Assembly (NCBI GenBank): GCA_023213395.1
Contig: CM041465.1
Span: forward strand, 218,681,741-218,745,740
Reading direction: 5' to 3'
Length of the DNA: 64,000 nucleotides
Source: Cycas panzhihuaensis
Taxonomy: Eukaryota; Plantae; Cycadophyta
Position 1 is the stretch's first letter; each line of letters opens with the position of its first letter. The translations under genes were made by a program, and so were the position numbers. The notes below the pieces were generated by a model that was given only the letters and a program-made list of their open reading frames with translations, made no database searches and had not been told where the DNA came from. This document shows positions 59,569 through 64,000 of the stretch, in pieces.

Positions 59569-62500
59569 ATCTATCACTTGTTGAACATTTTACTATAAAC
59601 TTGTATATACAACTATTGAATGCTAAAATCATAAACACTTATTACTTTTCTACACCATCCAAATTTTTTATGCTAATAGTCTTAGTCAATGAGTATGTAG
59701 AATTCTCTTATGTAGCAATCTTATACAAGTCTACCTTATGGCATTGAATCATTTCTCCCACAAAATAGAACTACATATTAATATACTTCAACTAAGTATA
59801 AAATGTAGGGTTTTGTACCAAGTAGATTGTACTTTGACTATCACAATCTATCCTCACATTATCCTACTTAAAGTTGATATCTATACACAATCTCTGTAAC
59901 CAAACTACTTTCTTGCACGTATGAGTAGTTGCTATATACTCTACTCTTATGCTAGAAAGTACTATAATTTATTGTCTTTTGTACATCTAGTTGATTATGC
60001 CACTACAAAGGGTAAAAACATACTCACTTATAGATCTTCTACTGTCAAGATCTCTAGCCCAATCAACATTAATAAATCCTTTCAGGTTCAATATTCTAAT
60101 CTCCATGGGATCTCCTTGGTAGTAAATTTCATAGTCTTATGTACTTGGTAAATACCTAAAAATCCTTTTTTATAGCCACCCAATACTCCCTCCCTATGTT
60201 TAACATGTACCTACTAATTACTCTTATTGCATGGGCAATGTTTGCTTGAGTACAAATCATTATATACGTCAAACTACTAATTACACTAGCATAAGGGATA
60301 AATGTCATGTCTTCAACTTCTTAGTGAGTCTTTAAGCATTATTTAGCTAATAATTTTAAACCAATAGGAAGAGGAACATTAACTAGTTTGATATCTTGCA
60401 AATTGAATCACTATAATATTATCTCAATACACTGCCTTTAATTTATCGTATCCCTTTTAATCTCAATGCTTAAAATAATCATAATGATTTGCTTTGTTGT
60501 GTACAAAGCCATCTACCAACATATGTAAATTAAACTTCAGATACCATATTTTCAATGATTATTTCAAGCCATATAATACCTTCTTCAACTTGTATAACAT
60601 ATTCTTGTTCCTTACAATTTTAAAACCTTTAGGCTATAACATGTAAATTTCTTTTTCAAGGTCACCATGAAGAAACAAAATCTTCACATCCATATGATCC
60701 ACCTTAATATCATGGGCAGCTACTATAATTAAAAAAAAATCTAATTGAAGCTATCTTTATAATAGGAGAAAACACATCACCAAAATCTATTCCCTTGACC
60801 TAGGAATAACCCTTTGCTACTAGGCAAGCCTTATACTTTTCTACATCACCATCTACCTAAAACTTCTTCTTGAAGATCTATTTGTTATCAATAAATTTTC
60901 TTCCATCAAGCAGATCTATCAAATCCCATGTATTATTTTTGTCCAAGGCTCTCATTTCTTTTTCCATGGCCTTGATCTAGAGTTAGATCTCTTTTGACTT
61001 TAAAGCCTTTTAAATAGTACTTGGATTATTATTTGTAGTAGATAAAATGAAAGAGAAGCAACAAAAATCTTTAGGAATATACCTATTAGGCTATCTTCTC
61101 TCACAAGTTGATCTCCTCAAAATATGAGGTTCTTGAGGTTAGGCTACCCCCATAACTAATCCTTCCTCTTTAGTTGACTTATATTCTAATATAGAAACTT
61201 TATTCCTACCTAAAAGTATACCTTCTTAGAGTCTTCCTCCTTTGGTTCTTCATCCTTCTTTAGAAACTTGAACTCCTCTCTAAAGACATCATCATAATTA
61301 TACACAACTTTCTATATTTTAGGGTTATAAAGTTTATACCCTTTAATACCATCACCATAGTCAATGAAAATAGTCTTTTATGCTTTAGAATCAAGCTTAG
61401 TCCTCTGCAGGCTAGGAACATGCATAAAAGTTTTACAACAAAAAGCTCTAAAATGACTAAGAGATGGCTTCTTACCAAACAATACTTCTTCAGGTGTTTT
61501 ATATACTAAGGTAGTTATGAGTAATCTATTTATCAGGTAGCTTACAATTATCATAACCTTAGCCTAAAATTTCTTCTCTAAACTAACAACAATAAGTATA
61601 CTCCTCAATCTCTCTAGCAAGGTCCTATTCATCCTTTTAATAACTTTATTCTCTTGTGGTGTATAGGAAATTATCTTCTACCTTGTTATCCCACACTGCT
61701 TACAGAACTATTCAAACTTCTTTAAGTAAAACTCATCTCTATTATCAATCCTTAGCACCTTAATCCACTTGTCACTTTAGTTCTTGGCCAAGGCCTTGAA
61801 TTATTTGAATTTACTAAAAATCTAAGATTTTTACCAAAGAAAGTACAACCATGTCTTTCTCAAGAAATCATCTATAGATGAGATAAATTATTTGGACCCC
61901 CCTAATGAAGGTACATTAATAAGTCTAAAAACATCATTGTGTACCAGTTGTAGAATATCCCTTGCTTTCTTCAAGCTTGAAGGAAAACTTGCTTGATTAT
62001 ATTTGTCATACACACAATTCTCATCGAAATCAAAATCAAAAGAACCATAAACTCTAGAGATGTCTTCTACCATACCTTTAGAGAATAAATCATGGAGGCC
62101 CTCCTCTTTAATATGGCCCAATCCCTAATACCATAACATAGTTTTACTAGTAAGTGATACTTGGGTCCTACCTGTATTATTGCTATTTTCTGTAACAGCT
62201 AGACTGCCACTATTAGCACATATTGTGCTTGTATCAAATTTATGCAATATTTTAAATCAAACCCCTCTTGTTAACACCAATATTCCTTAAACTATTCTGC
62301 AACTATCTTTATTGAAAATCACTTATGTTCCTGCATCACCCAATTGACTAATAAACAATAGACTCATAGCTAAACTAGGAATATGACTTAGATCAAGGAT
62401 AGTTTTAATCCTTCCATCTCCAAATTGAACCTTCACCCTTCTATGACCTATAATTTAATATGAGTATTGATCCCCAAGGAATATTTCATCCCCATCAATA

Positions 62501-63511
62501 CTTATATATTTACAAAACCACTCCCTATGGGGAGTAACATAAAACAAGGCACTAGAGTCAATTAACTAAAACTCAATATTTGACAACTTACTTAATGTTG
62601 TTAAACAAACATCACCATCATCTTCATCAAAGGCCTTTATTACCATAGAAAAAGTAGCTTTAGGTGACTTTCCATTGTCAACCTTGGCTCAACACTAGCA
62701 CTTCAAATAGCCAACCTTCTTACATCTCCAACATACCAAGGGGCCTCTACCTAAAGATTTGGATTTTCTTATAGATTTTGGTCATCTATTCCTATGCCTT
62801 TATTAGTCGTGGTCTAATGATTGACCTCTTATCACTAATGCTTCTTTTGAATGATCCTCAAAATATTTTTACCTTGTCTGTTTTGACAGTAAGGTGGCAA
62901 CAACATCATTAAATTTTAGGGTACCAACAATTATATGACTAATTGTTATCATAAGATTATCTTAAGAATTAGGAAGCAAATATAATAGAGTAATGTACTT
63001 ATCTTCTTTAAATATTATTATCCCAATTAAAATAAGTTAGGTCACCATGGTGTTAGATGTAGTAAGATAATCTGTAACTGCATCTTCATCACTTATCTTG
63101 AGTGAATACAACTTTTTTTTTTAAGAAATAATTTATTAACTAAGGACTTAGTCTGATATAGAGCCTCTAACTTATTCCGTAAATCTTTAGTTGTATACTG
63201 TGTAACAACATTCAACAATACCATGTCTGAAAGCCATAACCTTATTAAACTGATTACTTTTTTATCAAGCTTCTTTTACTCTCCATCAGTCATATTTGTA
63301 GGCTTTATTTTTACTACAATGATCTATTGATCTTTCTCGATGAAGATATCTTCCATCTTCAGCTTTCACAACTCAAAGTTCTAGCCATTAAACTTTTCAA
63401 TCTTTATCTTCATAACACTTGTCATGATCTTTGTATTCAAGTTTACTAGATAAGACTCTTACTCATTAAATGGTTTCTCATAGAACTAAAACCCTTAGCT
63501 CTGATACAAAG

Positions 63512-63915
63512 TGAAGATAAAATGTAATCATGGAAGCAATGTATTATCAAAACTCTAAACCATATAAAGAATAAATAACATAAATAAATTAAGTACATAA
63601 TAAAGAACACTAAAAAAATTTGCTCTAAGCGTATGCCTTTTATTAATGTAAGCAATAATTAAAGAATTATAGAGATGAAAACCTTAACTCTTCTCATCGA
63701 CTCATCAAATCTTTTTATATGTGCCATTATATAAGAATATATAAACACAAATGTGTAAGATATTGTATTGCAATTTTACAATACAATGAACATAAACCAT
63801 AAGCTGAGAAAAGACCCCCATAAAACACCTAAAAAAGACTCCAAAAACCAATAAGGGACTTGAATGTAATGCCTATACATATGTAACACTTGCAAAGTGT
63901 TCAACATATCTAATA
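63512..63915 (-). repeat. 5' LTR of copia D
   Basis: Adjacent to the PBS. Confidence 0.85.
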
Positions 63916-64000
63916 ATATAAGAACAATGAATAATTAAGAAATAGGAACTAATACTGTTTGTTAACAACTAGTTTAGAAGCTATACATTATAAATTATAA

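Larger units (their letters stand above)
59096..63915 (-). mobile_element. Copia D: decayed Ty1/copia element (Tnt1/Tork-like, 4.8 kb)
   Basis: LTRs ~59096-59568 and 63512-63915; PBS-like TTGTATCAGAGC at 63509-63498; degenerate PPT; TSD ATACA/ATATA; gag MTSVMKIKIEKFNG*NFEL*KLKMED...YQTKSLVNKLFLKKKLY; GAG-pre-integrase/IN ORF 61888-62121; RT/RH remnants. Confidence 0.9.

Overview
Plant nuclear DNA, probably gymnosperm. That assignment is inferred from the gymnosperm-type copia gag, very old AT-decayed LTR elements and a TE-filled 24-kb intron. There is one protein-coding gene, on the minus strand: a COP1-interacting protein 7-like (At3g14172/At1g72410 family) gene. I reconstruct 11 coding exons (51448 to 21079, 4572 nt, 1523 aa) with consistent phases and GT-AG sites. 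Three microexons (28, 29, 32 nt) straddle a 24.4-kb intron. That intron holds a nested pair of Ty1/copia elements with perfect TSDs, a truncated gypsy, gypsy-integrase and LINE fragments, and a hAT-type MITE. Both flanks are layered, decayed LTR retrotransposons: a copia inside a gypsy RNase H, and a copia inside another element's LTR. I see no RNA genes, CRISPR or organellar DNA, and no clearly novel multi-gene system. The best leads are regulatory or structural: a candidate frame-preserving 30-nt microexon and stop-containing cassette exons in the giant intron, a strong-context uORF, a CpG-rich island inside the gene body, tandem PBS copies, and a 39-42-bp array inside an LTR. Percent identities are hand counts and approximate.
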